Shown piece after piece: positions 45,361 through 55,490 of a stretch of DNA of 64,000 nt. Positions within the stretch are counted from its first letter, which is position 1, and each line of letters begins with the position of its first letter. This stretch comes from an uncultured delta proteobacterium (lineage in GTDB: Bacteria; Myxococcota_A; UBA9160; UBA4427). The stretch lies in contig CAWGJT010000010.1 in NCBI GenBank assembly GCA_963822965.1, positions 864,001-928,000 of the forward strand, in the 5' to 3' direction. Position numbers and translations under genes: made by a program. Under the pieces are notes generated by a model. That model saw only the letters and a program-made list of their open reading frames with translations, was not told where the DNA came from and did no database searches.

Positions 45361-46632
45361 ATGACCGAGATCGACGGCTTCGAGCTGATTGCGCCGAAGG
45401 CCTACGGAGAGCACGGCGTTCCCCACGATCAGTGGCGCGAGCTGCGAAAGCTGGATCGGCTGCACCATTGCGCACCCGAGGGCTTCGACGCCTTCTATCC
45501 CGTCGTCCGTCACGCAGAGATCTGCGAGATCTCCAAGCAGCCGGACCTCTTCCTGAATCGGTTCGGCATCGTTCTGGAGAGCCAAGAGCAGAAGCGCATC
45601 ATCGAGGCCGACCAGGGCATCGGCCAGATGCGCGTGATCATCGGTATGGATCCACCCGAGCACCGCGACTACCGCAAGGTCGCGGTCCCCTGGTTCACGC
45701 CACGCGCCATCGAGCGGATCTCGCCCATCGTCGAGGAGAGCGCACGAGATCTCGTCGACGCACTGGTCGAGCGCGCCAGCGGCGGCGAAGGCGAGTGCGA
45801 GTTCGCGAACGAGGTTGCCGCCGCGCACCCACTGCGTGTCCTCTCGACCATCCTCGGCGTGCCGCGCGAGCAGGAGCCCCAGATCCTCCGGCTCACCAAC
45901 GAGCTCTTCGGCGGGGACGATCCCGACCTTCAGCGCGACGGCGGGGACCGAAACAAGGCGGTGCAGGAGCTGGCCATGGAGTTCTTCCAGCTCTTTAGTG
46001 GCATCATCGAAGAGCGGCGCGCGAATCCCACGGACGACCTGGCGAGCCTGCTCGCCAATGGCAAGGTGAACGATGAGCCGATGGGGCTGATGGAGACTCT
46101 CGGCTACTACCTGATCACGTTCTCGGCTGGTCACGACACGACGAAGAACGCCCTGGCGGGCGGGATATGTGCCCTGGCCCAGCACCCGGACGAGTTCGAC
46201 AAGCTCAAGCGCAATCCGGAACTGGTTTCGAGCGCCGTCGAGGAAATCGTGCGCTGGACCTCGCCCGTCAACTACATGAAGCGGGTCGTGGCGGAGGATC
46301 TGGAGTTCCGAGGACAGAAGCTCCGCAAAGGGGAGAACCTCGTGCTCTTCTACGCCTCGGCGAATCGCGATGAGGCGGTCTTCGAGGATCCGTACAGCTT
46401 CCGCATCGACCGCGATCCGAACCCGCACCTCGCCTTCGGGATCGGCGAGCACTTCTGCCTCGGTACCCACCTGGCTCGTCAGTCGCAGCGCGCACTGCTG
46501 CGGGAGATGATCGGCCGGATCGACGCCCTGGAGCTCGCTGGCGATCCCGTCCAGATTGCGTCCAGCTTCGTCGTGGGCTTGAAACGGCTCCCCATTCGCT
46601 ATCGACTTGGTCGGGCCAACAGTCTCGATTGA
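45361..46632 (+). CDS. Cytochrome P450
   Basis: MDPPEH, AGHDTT, EIVR, SANRDE, FGIGEHFCLG. Confidence 0.96.
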   Translation: MTEIDGFELIAPKAYGEHGVPHDQWRELRKLDRLHHCAPEGFDAFYPVVRHAEICEISKQPDLFLNRFGIVLESQEQKRIIEADQGIGQMRVIIGMDPPEHRDYRKVAVPWFTPRAIERISPIVEESARDLVDALVERASGGEGECEFANEVAAAHPLRVLSTILGVPREQEPQILRLTNELFGGDDPDLQRDGGDRNKAVQELAMEFFQLFSGIIEERRANPTDDLASLLANGKVNDEPMGLMETLGYYLITFSAGHDTTKNALAGGICALAQHPDEFDKLKRNPELVSSAVEEIVRWTSPVNYMKRVVAEDLEFRGQKLRKGENLVLFYASANRDEAVFEDPYSFRIDRDPNPHLAFGIGEHFCLGTHLARQSQRALLREMIGRIDALELAGDPVQIASSFVVGLKRLPIRYRLGRANSLD

Positions 46633-46642
46633 TGGGGGCAAC

Positions 46643-47692
46643 ATGAAGCTCGGATTGATGCTCGGATACTCCGGGGCGGAGATGAGGCTGCCCGTAGATC
46701 TGGTGCAACGCGCGGAGGCTCTGGGCTTCGACTCGGTCTGGACCGCCGAGGCCTACGGATCCGATGCGACCTCGCCGCTCGCGTACCTGGCAGCAGTGAC
46801 CCGGCGGATTCGGCTGGGCACCTCGATCATGCAGCTGGCCGGGCGCACGCCGGCCATGGCGGCGATGCAGGCGGCCACCATCGACGCGCTCGCTGGCGGA
46901 GGTCGCTTCGTCGCGGGGCTCGGGGTCAGTGGTCCGCAGATCGTGGAAGGCTGGTATGGCCAGCCCTGGGGCCGTCCCTATTGGCGGATTCGCGACTACG
47001 TCTCGATCATGCGCAAGATCTTCGAACGCGAGGAGCCGGTCACCCACGACGGCAAGGAGATCTCGCTTCCCTACAAGGGCGTTGGGGCCATGGGAATCGG
47101 CAAGCCGCTCAAGTCGATCCTCCACATGAACCCGAAGATTCCCATCTGGCTGGGGACCGGCAGCGAGAGCAACGTACGACTCACTGCGGAGATCGCCGAC
47201 GGTTGGTTCCCGCTGGCCTTCGTGCCCGGCATGATGGACATCTACCGACCGTGGCTCGAGGAGGGCTTTCGGCGCGCCGGAGGTGGAAAGGCCTTTTCGA
47301 ACTTCGAGATCCAGCCCGGCGTGACGGTCATCGTGACCGACGAGATCGAGCAGGCTTTCGATCGCATGAAGCCGGGCATCGCGCTCTACGTGGGCGGGAT
47401 GGGCCATCGTGACAAGAACTTCCACAACGACATGATGGTACGCCGCGGCTACCCAGAGGCGGCGCGGAAGATTCAGGAACTCTACCTGGCGGGACGGAAA
47501 CGCGAGGCCCTCGAGGCCGTGCCGAACGAGTACTGCGACGAGGCCTCGCTGGTCGGGCCGCCGGCTCGCATCCGCGATCGTTACAAGGAGTGGGAGGCTT
47601 CGGGCGCCACCGGCTTGACGCTCTCATGCGGGCAGGTGGAGGGCCTGGAGCTGATGGCCGAGCTGACGGGAAGCCGCGACCGCGCTGCCTAG
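46643..47692 (+). CDS. LLM-class F420-dependent oxidoreductase
   Basis: WTAEAYGSDA, GLGVSGPQIVEGWYG, ALYVGGMG..DKNFHN. Confidence 0.92.
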   Translation: MKLGLMLGYSGAEMRLPVDLVQRAEALGFDSVWTAEAYGSDATSPLAYLAAVTRRIRLGTSIMQLAGRTPAMAAMQAATIDALAGGGRFVAGLGVSGPQIVEGWYGQPWGRPYWRIRDYVSIMRKIFEREEPVTHDGKEISLPYKGVGAMGIGKPLKSILHMNPKIPIWLGTGSESNVRLTAEIADGWFPLAFVPGMMDIYRPWLEEGFRRAGGGKAFSNFEIQPGVTVIVTDEIEQAFDRMKPGIALYVGGMGHRDKNFHNDMMVRRGYPEAARKIQELYLAGRKREALEAVPNEYCDEASLVGPPARIRDRYKEWEASGATGLTLSCGQVEGLELMAELTGSRDRAA

Positions 47693-47772
47693 GCCCGCTC
47701 CTCGCTCGAGTTCGGAACCGAAGGAGCGAGCTGGCTCCGCGTACGCGATCAGCCAAGGAGGACAGTGCAGGT

Positions 47773-48669
47773 ATGGATTCGAAAACGGGCTACCTCGAGA
47801 TCCGCTATGAAGTCGAAGACGGAAGGGCACGCATCACGCTTGCCCGTCCCAAGACGCACAACGCGATGACGCCCCGGCTTCTGGAGGAGCTCGAGCATGC
47901 CCTCTTGGAGGCGGATGAAGACTGTGCCGTTCACAGCGTGATCCTGAGAGGGGAGGGTGCCTCGTTCTGCTCGGGCTACGACCTCACGACCCTCGGCGGC
48001 AAGAAGCGGCCGGGCCATCGAACAGGGCGTACGCACGACGACGACATCTGGCTGATCGAACAGAACAACCGCCGTATCCGGACGCTTTGGGAGATGCACA
48101 AACCGTCCATCGCACAAGTTCACGGCAACTGTCTCGCCGGAGGGACTGATCTCGCCCTGGCATGTGACCTCGTCATCGCGGCTGAGGATGCTCGCATCGG
48201 CTTCCCGGCTGCGCGCGCAATGGGCGCTCTGCCCAACAACCTCTGGATGTACCACTGCGGCCCGCAATGGGCGAAGCGGCTGCAGCTGACCGGGGACTCC
48301 GTGACGGGGGCGGACGCGGAGAAGATCGGCCTGGTGATGAAGGCGGTGCCCGCGGACGTGCTCGAGGACGAGGTGGAGGGCCTGGCCGACCGCTTCAGCC
48401 TGATCGACCCCGACCTGCTCTCGGCCAACAAGCGCATCACCAACCTCGCTCTCGAGCTGATGGGTGCACAGACGCTCCAGCGGCTGGCCGGCGAGAACGA
48501 CGCCCGCGCACATCGTTCCCAGGCGGTGCGGAACTACGGCCGGAGCGTCAAGGAAAACGGCCTCAAAGAGACGCTCCGTCGGCGTGACGAGCCCTTCGGC
48601 GAGGGCTACGCCCGGGTGGGCAGGCCCGAGGGTCGCAGCGCGGGGGTCCGAGCGGCGCTCGAGCGCTGA
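47773..48669 (+). CDS. Enoyl-CoA hydratase/crotonase family protein
   Basis: FCSGYDL, KPSIAQVHGNCLAGG. Confidence 0.92.
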   Translation: MDSKTGYLEIRYEVEDGRARITLARPKTHNAMTPRLLEELEHALLEADEDCAVHSVILRGEGASFCSGYDLTTLGGKKRPGHRTGRTHDDDIWLIEQNNRRIRTLWEMHKPSIAQVHGNCLAGGTDLALACDLVIAAEDARIGFPAARAMGALPNNLWMYHCGPQWAKRLQLTGDSVTGADAEKIGLVMKAVPADVLEDEVEGLADRFSLIDPDLLSANKRITNLALELMGAQTLQRLAGENDARAHRSQAVRNYGRSVKENGLKETLRRRDEPFGEGYARVGRPEGRSAGVRAALER

Positions 48670-48722
48670 GCATCCATCGGCCGCCCGTCCCGCCATTCGC
48701 CCTCGACGCCCATCGATTCTAG

Positions 48723-49864
48723 TGTGTCCTATGCCGCATAGGTCTAGACAGTTTAGGCCGTCTCATGAGCTGCTCCCCATAGGATCGAGGCGGGTACTCG
48801 CCCCCGAGTTCGGTACCCGCGGTGCGGGCGGTGGTGATTGTAGAGCCTGAGGTAGCCCTGCAGCGATCGTTCCAGCTGGGCGATGCGCGTGAAGTAGCGG
48901 CGCCGGAACTCGACGCGCCAGTGCTCGTGCAGGATGGTGCCCTGGACGCGCTCGACGAAGCCGTTGGTGAAGGGGTGCCGCGGCTTGGTGCGGGTGTGTC
49001 GGATGCCGAGTTCCCTGCAGGTTCGCCGGAACTCGCCCTTGAACTCGCTCCCGCCGTCCGTGAGAGCGCGCTGCAGGGGCCAGCCGGCCCGTTCGAGATC
49101 GGCCACGACCTCTCGCAGGAACGCAGACGCCACAGCGGCTCTGGGGTCCCCGAGGAAGATCTTCGCCCAGGTGAACGAGGAAGCGGTGTCGCAGGCGGTG
49201 ATCTGCCAGACCTTCCCGACGCCCTTCAAGTGTCCGATGTAGAAGCAGTCGAGTCCGACGAGCTCGCCAGGCACTTCGGCCTCGATCTGGGCTCTCGAGG
49301 GCGTGGGACGGGCCTTCTCGAGCGTACGGCGCGTTCGCTCGGTGAGCAGCCCGGCCTTGGCCGCGCTGTGCTGCTCGAGCACGCCGAAGCGTTGCGCACG
49401 GGTGCCGAGCTTCTGGCGCCTGAGGGCGCGGTACACGGTGCTGGGCGCGACCTCGATCCCGTCGAGCGCCAGCTGATCCGAGATCCGCTGAGGCCCCCAG
49501 GCAGGCTCCGCGAGTGCCAGGGCGAGGATGCGGCGCTCCACGACGGCATCGAGCGCCGGCGGTCGCCCCGGCCGCCCGCGGCGATGCTTGGGGTGAAGCC
49601 CTTCGGGTCCGTACCGGAGGAACCGAGAACGAAGCTGGTAGAAGAGCGACCGCGCGATGCCGGCTTCCCGGCAAGCTGCGCTCACGTTGCCGAGTTGCTC
49701 CGCCCGGCGGAACAAACGAAGGCGCTGAAGGTGTACCCTGTCGTCGAGGGTCATCGATCCCCCTCCCAAGTTGGTGTGTGGCAACAACAACTTAGGAAAA
49801 GGGGGCCGATGGCCCTCCCCTCGTTAGACTCGAAGGTGTCTAGACCTTTGAGACACAGTTCAGT
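48723..49864 (-). mobile_element. IS481-family insertion sequence with imperfect terminal IRs and CTAG flanks
   Basis: Ends 48723-48750 and 49837-49864 are inverted repeats at 20/28 (core AGGTCTAGACA); CTAG at 48719-48722 and 49865-49868. Confidence 0.8.
48753..49754 (-). CDS. IS481 family transposase (HTH + rve DDE)
   Basis: NVSAACREAGIARS HTH, WGPQRI, GLDCF, LTDGGSEF, TNGFVER, YNHHRPH. Confidence 0.93.
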   Translation of the reverse strand: MTLDDRVHLQRLRLFRRAEQLGNVSAACREAGIARSLFYQLRSRFLRYGPEGLHPKHRRGRPGRPPALDAVVERRILALALAEPAWGPQRISDQLALDGIEVAPSTVYRALRRQKLGTRAQRFGVLEQHSAAKAGLLTERTRRTLEKARPTPSRAQIEAEVPGELVGLDCFYIGHLKGVGKVWQITACDTASSFTWAKIFLGDPRAAVASAFLREVVADLERAGWPLQRALTDGGSEFKGEFRRTCRELGIRHTRTKPRHPFTNGFVERVQGTILHEHWRVEFRRRYFTRIAQLERSLQGYLRLYNHHRPHRGYRTRGRVPASILWGAAHETA

Positions 49865-49884
49865 CTAGACGCAACGGATCTTCC

Positions 49885-52050
49885 CTACTTGATCAATGGA
49901 TCCCGCGGTAGGCCGAGCAGCCTTTCGGCGATCTGGTTGCGGATGATCTCGGAGGTGCCCCCGCCGATCGTGGCGCCCATCATCGCCAGGAGCCACGTCG
50001 ACACACGCCGCTCGTCGCCTTCCCGCACCGCTGCGGCGGGCCCGATGATTCGCGCCGCGATTCCGGCCTTGCGTTGGGCGACTTCGGAGCCGAGAAGCTT
50101 CGTGACGTTCGCCTCGGCGCCGGGCTCCGAGCCTTCGACGGCGCGAATCACGCCTCGGAGGTTCATCAGAGCGATCGATTCGGTCTCGGCGAGCGAGGCA
50201 CCCACCTCCCGGATCGCCCCGGCGTCATCGGCCGCGAACTTGTCGATCAGCTGCAGGAGATCCGGCCCGCCGGCCATTCCGCCTTCTGCGCCGCCGCCGA
50301 TCGAGACGCGCTCGTTGCCGAGCGTGTTGCGGGCGACCGTCCAACCCTGATCGACGGGCCCGACGACGTCGTCGTCCGGGACGAAGACCTCGTCGAAGAA
50401 GACCTCGTTGAAGTGCGAGTGTCCCGTGATCTGGCGCAGCGGGCGCACCTCGACACCTTCGGCGTGCAGGTCGATCACCATCATGGTGATGCCGGCGTGC
50501 TTGGGGGCGTCGGGGTTGGTCCGAACGGTCGCGAACCCGTGGCTACTGAGGTGTGCGTTGCTGGTCCACACCTTCTGTCCGGAGATGCGCCAGCCGCCGT
50601 CGACCTTGACACCGCGCGTCTGCACTGCGGCCGCGTCGGACCCCGCGCCGGGCTCGCTGAAGAGCTGGCAGAACTCGATCTCGCCCTCGAGGCTGGGTCG
50701 GACGAAGCGCTCCACCTGCTCGGGGCTGCCGTGCTGGGCGATGGTGAGGGTGTTCCAGCCGCTGATGCCGAGATCCGGCCGCCGTACGTCTCCGAACTCC
50801 TCCTCGATCACGAGCTGTTCGATCGGGCCCGCGTCGCGGCCCCAGGGCCTCGGCCAGTGGGGCACGAGGTAGCCGCTGTCGCTGAGAACCTTCCGTCTCG
50901 CCTCCTTGGGCAGGGCCTCGTACCTGCAGACGAAGGCCCGGGCATCTTCGCGGAAGGCTTCCGCTTCCGCTGGCAGCGCGACCGTGGCCTTGGTGCGCAC
51001 CCCGCGCGCCATGAGCCGCACGACGTCTTCGCGCGCCCGATCCACCGGTCCCGATCAGCGACTCGAGCGCAATCGCGCGGCGGAGGTAGAGGTGGGCGTC
51101 GTGCTCCCAGGTGTAGCCGATGCCGCCGTGCACCTGGATGTTCTGCTTCGCGCAGAAGGCGAAGGCAGGCAGGGCGAGACTGCTCGCGATGGCGGCTGCG
51201 AGCTCGGCCTCGTCGGGATCGAGATCTTCCCGCGCGGCGCCCCAGGCGCCTGCCGTCGCCTGCTCGGTCGCGACGAGCATGTTGGCGCAGTGGTGCTTGA
51301 CCGGGCCGAAGGTGCCGATCGGGCCGGCCGAACTGCACGCGCTCCTTCGCGTACGCGGTCGCCATCTCGGTGCAGGCGCGGGCGCCGCCCGCCGCCTCGG
51401 CCGCAGGAGAGTGTCCGGGCGAGGCGTTCGAGGGCGCTGCGGGCCCCGGGCAGGCGATTCGACGCCGAGACCTCGACCCCGTCGCAGCGAACGGCGGCGA
51501 CCCGCCGACTGGGATCCAGGTTCTTCTGGCGCTCGACCGAGAGGCCCGGCTGGTCCGGGGTGAGCAGCGCGACGTCGTCGCCCACGCAGACCGCGAAGAT
51601 CTGTGCGACTTCCGCGCCGAGCACGAGGCCGGCCGATCCGAGCAGCCGGCCGTCTTCGTCGTACGCGAGATCTCCGCCAAGACCGACGGCCCCGACGAGC
51701 GACCCGTCGGCGAGGCCGGGCAGGAGGGCTTCGCGTGCGACGTCGCTTCCGCACCGGGCGACGAGCGCTGCCGTCAGCGTGGTGGGCAGGAAGGGGCCCG
51801 GCGCCATCGCGAAGCCCAGCGCCTCGAGGACGATCGACAACTCTGGCAGCCCGAAGCCCTGGCCTCCATGGGCCTCGTCGACGTGCAGCCCCATCCATCC
51901 GAGCTCGGCCATTTCCTTCCAGAAGCTCGGCAAGCGATCGCTCGGCGCTTCGAGCAGGGCGCGCGATTCTTCACGCGCTCCGCTCGATTCGAGGAAGGCG
52001 CGGGCGACGCGGGCGAGCTCCTGATGTTCCTCGGTGAGGGCGATCGACAT
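49885..52050 (-). CDS. Double-domain acyl-CoA dehydrogenase (FadE34-like), three apparent +1 frameshifts
   Basis: Pieces across frames: MSIALTEE.., YAKERVQFGRP, QVHGGIGYTWEHDAH, FSEPGAGSD, GQKVWTS, TIGGGTSEI; shifts near 51405, 51321 and 51050. Confidence 0.85.
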
Positions 52051-52088
52051 GGGCTTCTCCGAGCTGCGGTGGTCGCTTTGTCAGCAAT

Positions 52089-52100
52089 ACTATGATACTA
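52089..52100. promoter_or_regulatory. 12-bp AT-rich motif shared with 44072-44083
   Basis: ACTATGATACTA between the divergent ACAD and FadR-type genes. Confidence 0.5.
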
Positions 52101-52146
52101 GTTAGTCGTGTCGCCAACGGAACCATGTCGAGGAGGTGACGACCGG

Positions 52147-52882
52147 ATGGGCAAGAAGCGCAACCCCGAACGCGCCGCCGTCCGCATCGCCCGCAAGCTC
52201 GTGAGCGAGATTCGGCGCCGGCGCCTTCGCCCCGGGACGCAGCTCGACGCCGAGCACCGGATGGTCGAGGAGCTCGGCGTGGCACGGGCCACGGTGCGTG
52301 AGGCGCTGCGATTCCTCGAGCTGCAAGGGGCGCTTCGCATCAAGGCCGGACCGGGCGGTGGTCCGGTCGTCAGCGTCCCCGGGGCGGACCATCTCGCGAG
52401 CGTGCTCTCGCTCCACCTGCAGTTCACCGACGCGTCGTTTCGATCGGTCGTGGAGGCGCGCCGCTCGATCTACCCCGTGCTGGCGGCCGAGGCCGCGGCA
52501 AACGCGAGCCGCGAGGACATCGCGACCCTGCACGAGAGCATCGCCCGGATGCGCGCCGGGGCGCGCGACCCGGACCTCTTTCGGGAGGAAGCCCGGCGCT
52601 TCATGAACCTGATCGCGGCCGCGTCGGGCAACCGGGTTCTCGCGATCCTCGTCGAGGCGCTTCACCGCATGTCGGGGGAGACGAGCACCGGGTGGGACGA
52701 GAGGCAGCGTCGGTCGGCACTTCGCAGCTACGAGCGGGTCGATCCGGGCCATCGAGAACGGCGAGTCGGAGGAGGCTCGATCGGTCATGGCGCAGTCGTT
52801 GGCGGCGGCGCTGCGGAGCTGGGAGCAGACGGCGCCCGATGAGCTCAAGCAGCCGGTCGCCTGGATCGCTTCCGATCGCTGA
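52147..52882 (+). CDS. GntR/FadR (FCD) family regulator, apparent frameshift near 52740
   Basis: GVARATVREALRFLE, GPGGG; the C-terminus IRAIENGESEEARSVM...PVAW continues in another frame to TGA 52882. Confidence 0.85.
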
Positions 52883-52895
52883 TGGGGGCGGTGAG

Positions 52896-54185
52896 ATGAC
52901 CGTATCGACTGAGACGGAAGCTCACGCGAAGCACGACCAAGGAGTGAGCGCGCCGCCGCAGGCGGGAGTCCTCCGCCCAGGCGACGTCGATCTCTCCGAC
53001 CCGGAGACTTTCGTCGGGGGTGTTCCCCACGAGTATTTTCGCGTGCTGCGGGAGCAGGACCCCGTGCACTGGCAGGAGGAATGCGAGCTCCCGGTGTTCA
53101 TGCCCGGCCCGGGATACTTCGCGCTCACGCGCTACGAGGACGTGGCCTTCGTCTCCAAACACCCGGAGATCTTCTCCTCGGCGGCGGGGAGCTCCGCGCT
53201 CAACGAGCTTCGGCCCCGCGAAATGCGCCTGGCCAAGGAGCAGCTGATCCAGATGGACCCGCCGGACCACGCGGAGCTGCGCAATCTGATGAACGCGCAG
53301 TTCAAGCCCCGGGCCGTCCAGGAGACCGAGGCCCACATGCGCATGGTCGTCCGCGAAACCCTCGATCGGATCACATCGCGGTCGGAGTGCGACTTCGTGG
53401 GCGACGTCTCGGCGCCCATCTCGCTGCGCATCCTCACGAACTTCCTCGGTGTCCCCGACACGTACACGGACCGGTTCTTTCGATGGACCAACGAGACCAT
53501 GCGTTTCGGAGAGCCCGGCTCCTTCAACCTGCTCCGTGCGCGATTCGCCTTGCTACAGATCTTCGTCCAGTCCGCGCTCCTGGCTCGAGAACGCAGGAAA
53601 CGGCCGGCCGCCGATGTCTTTTCGACTCTGGTGAATGGCGAATTCCGGGGTGCACCGCTCACCCGCATGATGACGCAGGTGAACTTCTTCCTCCTCATCA
53701 TCGCCGGCAACGAGACCACCCGGAACGCGCTTTCGGGCGGCATCCAGGCGCTGTGCGAAAACCCCGAGCAGCTCCGCCGCCTGCGCCGCGATCCCTCCCT
53801 CCTGCCGCAGGCCATCGAGGAGATCCTTCGATGGGTGTCGCCGGTGATGCAGTTTCGCAGAACGGCGATGCGCGACACGAAGATCGGCGACCGGGAACTC
53901 CGCAAAGGTGACAAGATCGTCATGTACTACGGCGCCGCGAACCGGGATCCCCGCGTTTTCGACGATCCCGAGGTCTTCGACATCACCCGAAAGCCGAACC
54001 CGCACCTCGCCTTCGGCGTCGGCACGCACTTCTGCATGGGAAGCCACATCGCGAGGCTCGAGATGCGCGTGACGCTGGAGGAGTTCCTGGGGAGGTTTTC
54101 GAACCTGAGCCTCGCCGGGCCGCCCGAGAGGCTGCAGTCCAACTTCATCAGCGGCATCAAGCGCCTGCCGGTGAATCTCCAGTGA
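52896..54185 (+). CDS. Cytochrome P450
   Basis: MDPPDH, AGNETT, EILR, AANRDP, FGVGTHFCMG. Confidence 0.96.
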   Translation: MTVSTETEAHAKHDQGVSAPPQAGVLRPGDVDLSDPETFVGGVPHEYFRVLREQDPVHWQEECELPVFMPGPGYFALTRYEDVAFVSKHPEIFSSAAGSSALNELRPREMRLAKEQLIQMDPPDHAELRNLMNAQFKPRAVQETEAHMRMVVRETLDRITSRSECDFVGDVSAPISLRILTNFLGVPDTYTDRFFRWTNETMRFGEPGSFNLLRARFALLQIFVQSALLARERRKRPAADVFSTLVNGEFRGAPLTRMMTQVNFFLLIIAGNETTRNALSGGIQALCENPEQLRRLRRDPSLLPQAIEEILRWVSPVMQFRRTAMRDTKIGDRELRKGDKIVMYYGAANRDPRVFDDPEVFDITRKPNPHLAFGVGTHFCMGSHIARLEMRVTLEEFLGRFSNLSLAGPPERLQSNFISGIKRLPVNLQ

Positions 54186-54201
54186 GCGCCGGGGGCATGG
54201 A

Positions 54202-55032
54202 ATGACGGACGACGACATGAAGAATTGCGAGCCCGCGATTCTCTTCGAGAGGCAGAGCGGCGTGGCGACGCTCACCCTCAACCGACCCGCGGCACGCAAC
54301 GCGCTGACGACCGCCCTCTTCTTGGAGCTGGAGCGAATGCTTCTCGAGATCGAAGTGGACGAGGCCGTGCGGGCGGTGGTGCTGACGGGGGCCGGTCGCG
54401 GCTTCTCGGCGGGCGCCGATTTGAAGCCCCTGTCCAAGGAGGAGCGTCGCCGCGCCGAGGCTCCCTCCTTCCCCGGCGACCCCGGCGGCGACATCCTCGA
54501 TCGGGGCAATCGCTGCATCCTTCGCTTGCGGCAGCTTCCGAAGCCCGTCCTCGGCAGCATCAATGGCGACGCCGTGGGCATCGGCTGCAGCCTGGCGCTG
54601 GCCACGGACCTGCGCATCGCCTCGCCGGCTGCCCGCTTCGGGGTGGTCTTCTCCCGCATCGGCCTCGGGCCGGACGGGGGCGCTTCGGCGCTCCTGCGGG
54701 AGCTGGTGGGCCCCGCGAAGGCGCTGGAGCTCCTCTTCCTCGGCGACCTCATCGATGCCGCGGACGCACTACGACTCGGCCTCGTGAATCGGGTGGTGGC
54801 GGAGGATGCACTGGCCGACGCCACCTCCGAGCTCGCGGAGCGGCTCGCTCACGGACCGACCCTGGCCTACGGCTTCGCCAAGGAGGCCGTGTACGAGGGG
54901 GCGAATCTCTCCTTCGAGAGCCTTCTCGACCTCGAGGCGCGCAATCAGAAGGTCGTCGGACGCTCTTACGACGTGCGCGAGGGCATCCGCGCGTTCCGTG
55001 AGAAGCGCGCCCCCAAATTCCGCGGCCGCTAG
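54202..55032 (+). CDS. Enoyl-CoA hydratase/isomerase family protein
   Basis: LNRP..RNAL, FSAGADL, GLGPDGG, EGIRAFREKRAPKF. Confidence 0.93.
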   Translation: MTDDDMKNCEPAILFERQSGVATLTLNRPAARNALTTALFLELERMLLEIEVDEAVRAVVLTGAGRGFSAGADLKPLSKEERRRAEAPSFPGDPGGDILDRGNRCILRLRQLPKPVLGSINGDAVGIGCSLALATDLRIASPAARFGVVFSRIGLGPDGGASALLRELVGPAKALELLFLGDLIDAADALRLGLVNRVVAEDALADATSELAERLAHGPTLAYGFAKEAVYEGANLSFESLLDLEARNQKVVGRSYDVREGIRAFREKRAPKFRGR

Positions 55033-55129
55033 AGGGGCCTGAACGTTCGCTCCCGAGCCCGCCAACACGAGCGTTCCACTCGGGGCGGCGACCGGATCCA
55101 AGGCGAGACGGCGCGTGGGGCAATCTCAA

Positions 55130-55260
55130 GCGGTTTCCGAGCTGACGGTGCGACTCGGCGCGCCCGACGTCCCACGAGTCCGGAAAGCACCAGTCCCAAC
55201 GACAGGATCAGCGGTGGTGGGCTCCGGGACCGAGATGACGTCCGTCGATACGATGAAGAA
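55130..55260 (-). pseudogene. Orphan PEP-CTERM sorting tail (frameshifted)
   Basis: VISVPEPTT, then after a shift LILSLGLVLSGLVGRRARR; no intact upstream gene body. Confidence 0.5.
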
Positions 55261-55490
55261 AATCGCACCCCCCGCGCGTCTCGCACCTCGAGAGGCCCCA
55301 TCCGAGGCTTCGAGAGCCTTCCTCCCTTGCTCCTTTCGCCGAGCCGCCTGGTCCAGGATGGACCGGTCCGGTGGCCGACGCTCGAACGCCGAGACGAACC
55401 GGCTCCTCGTCTCCCTGCATCCGGCCACGCAGCGGAGTTGCCCGAAGCGGAGAGCGCCCGGGGCCCGGCGAGGCGCGCAGACCCGCCCAG

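Noticed and set aside
51040..51410. Programmed ribosomal frameshifting in the ACAD gene.
   Set aside because: No slippery heptamers, and three independent shifts would be needed; sequencing error or decay is simpler.
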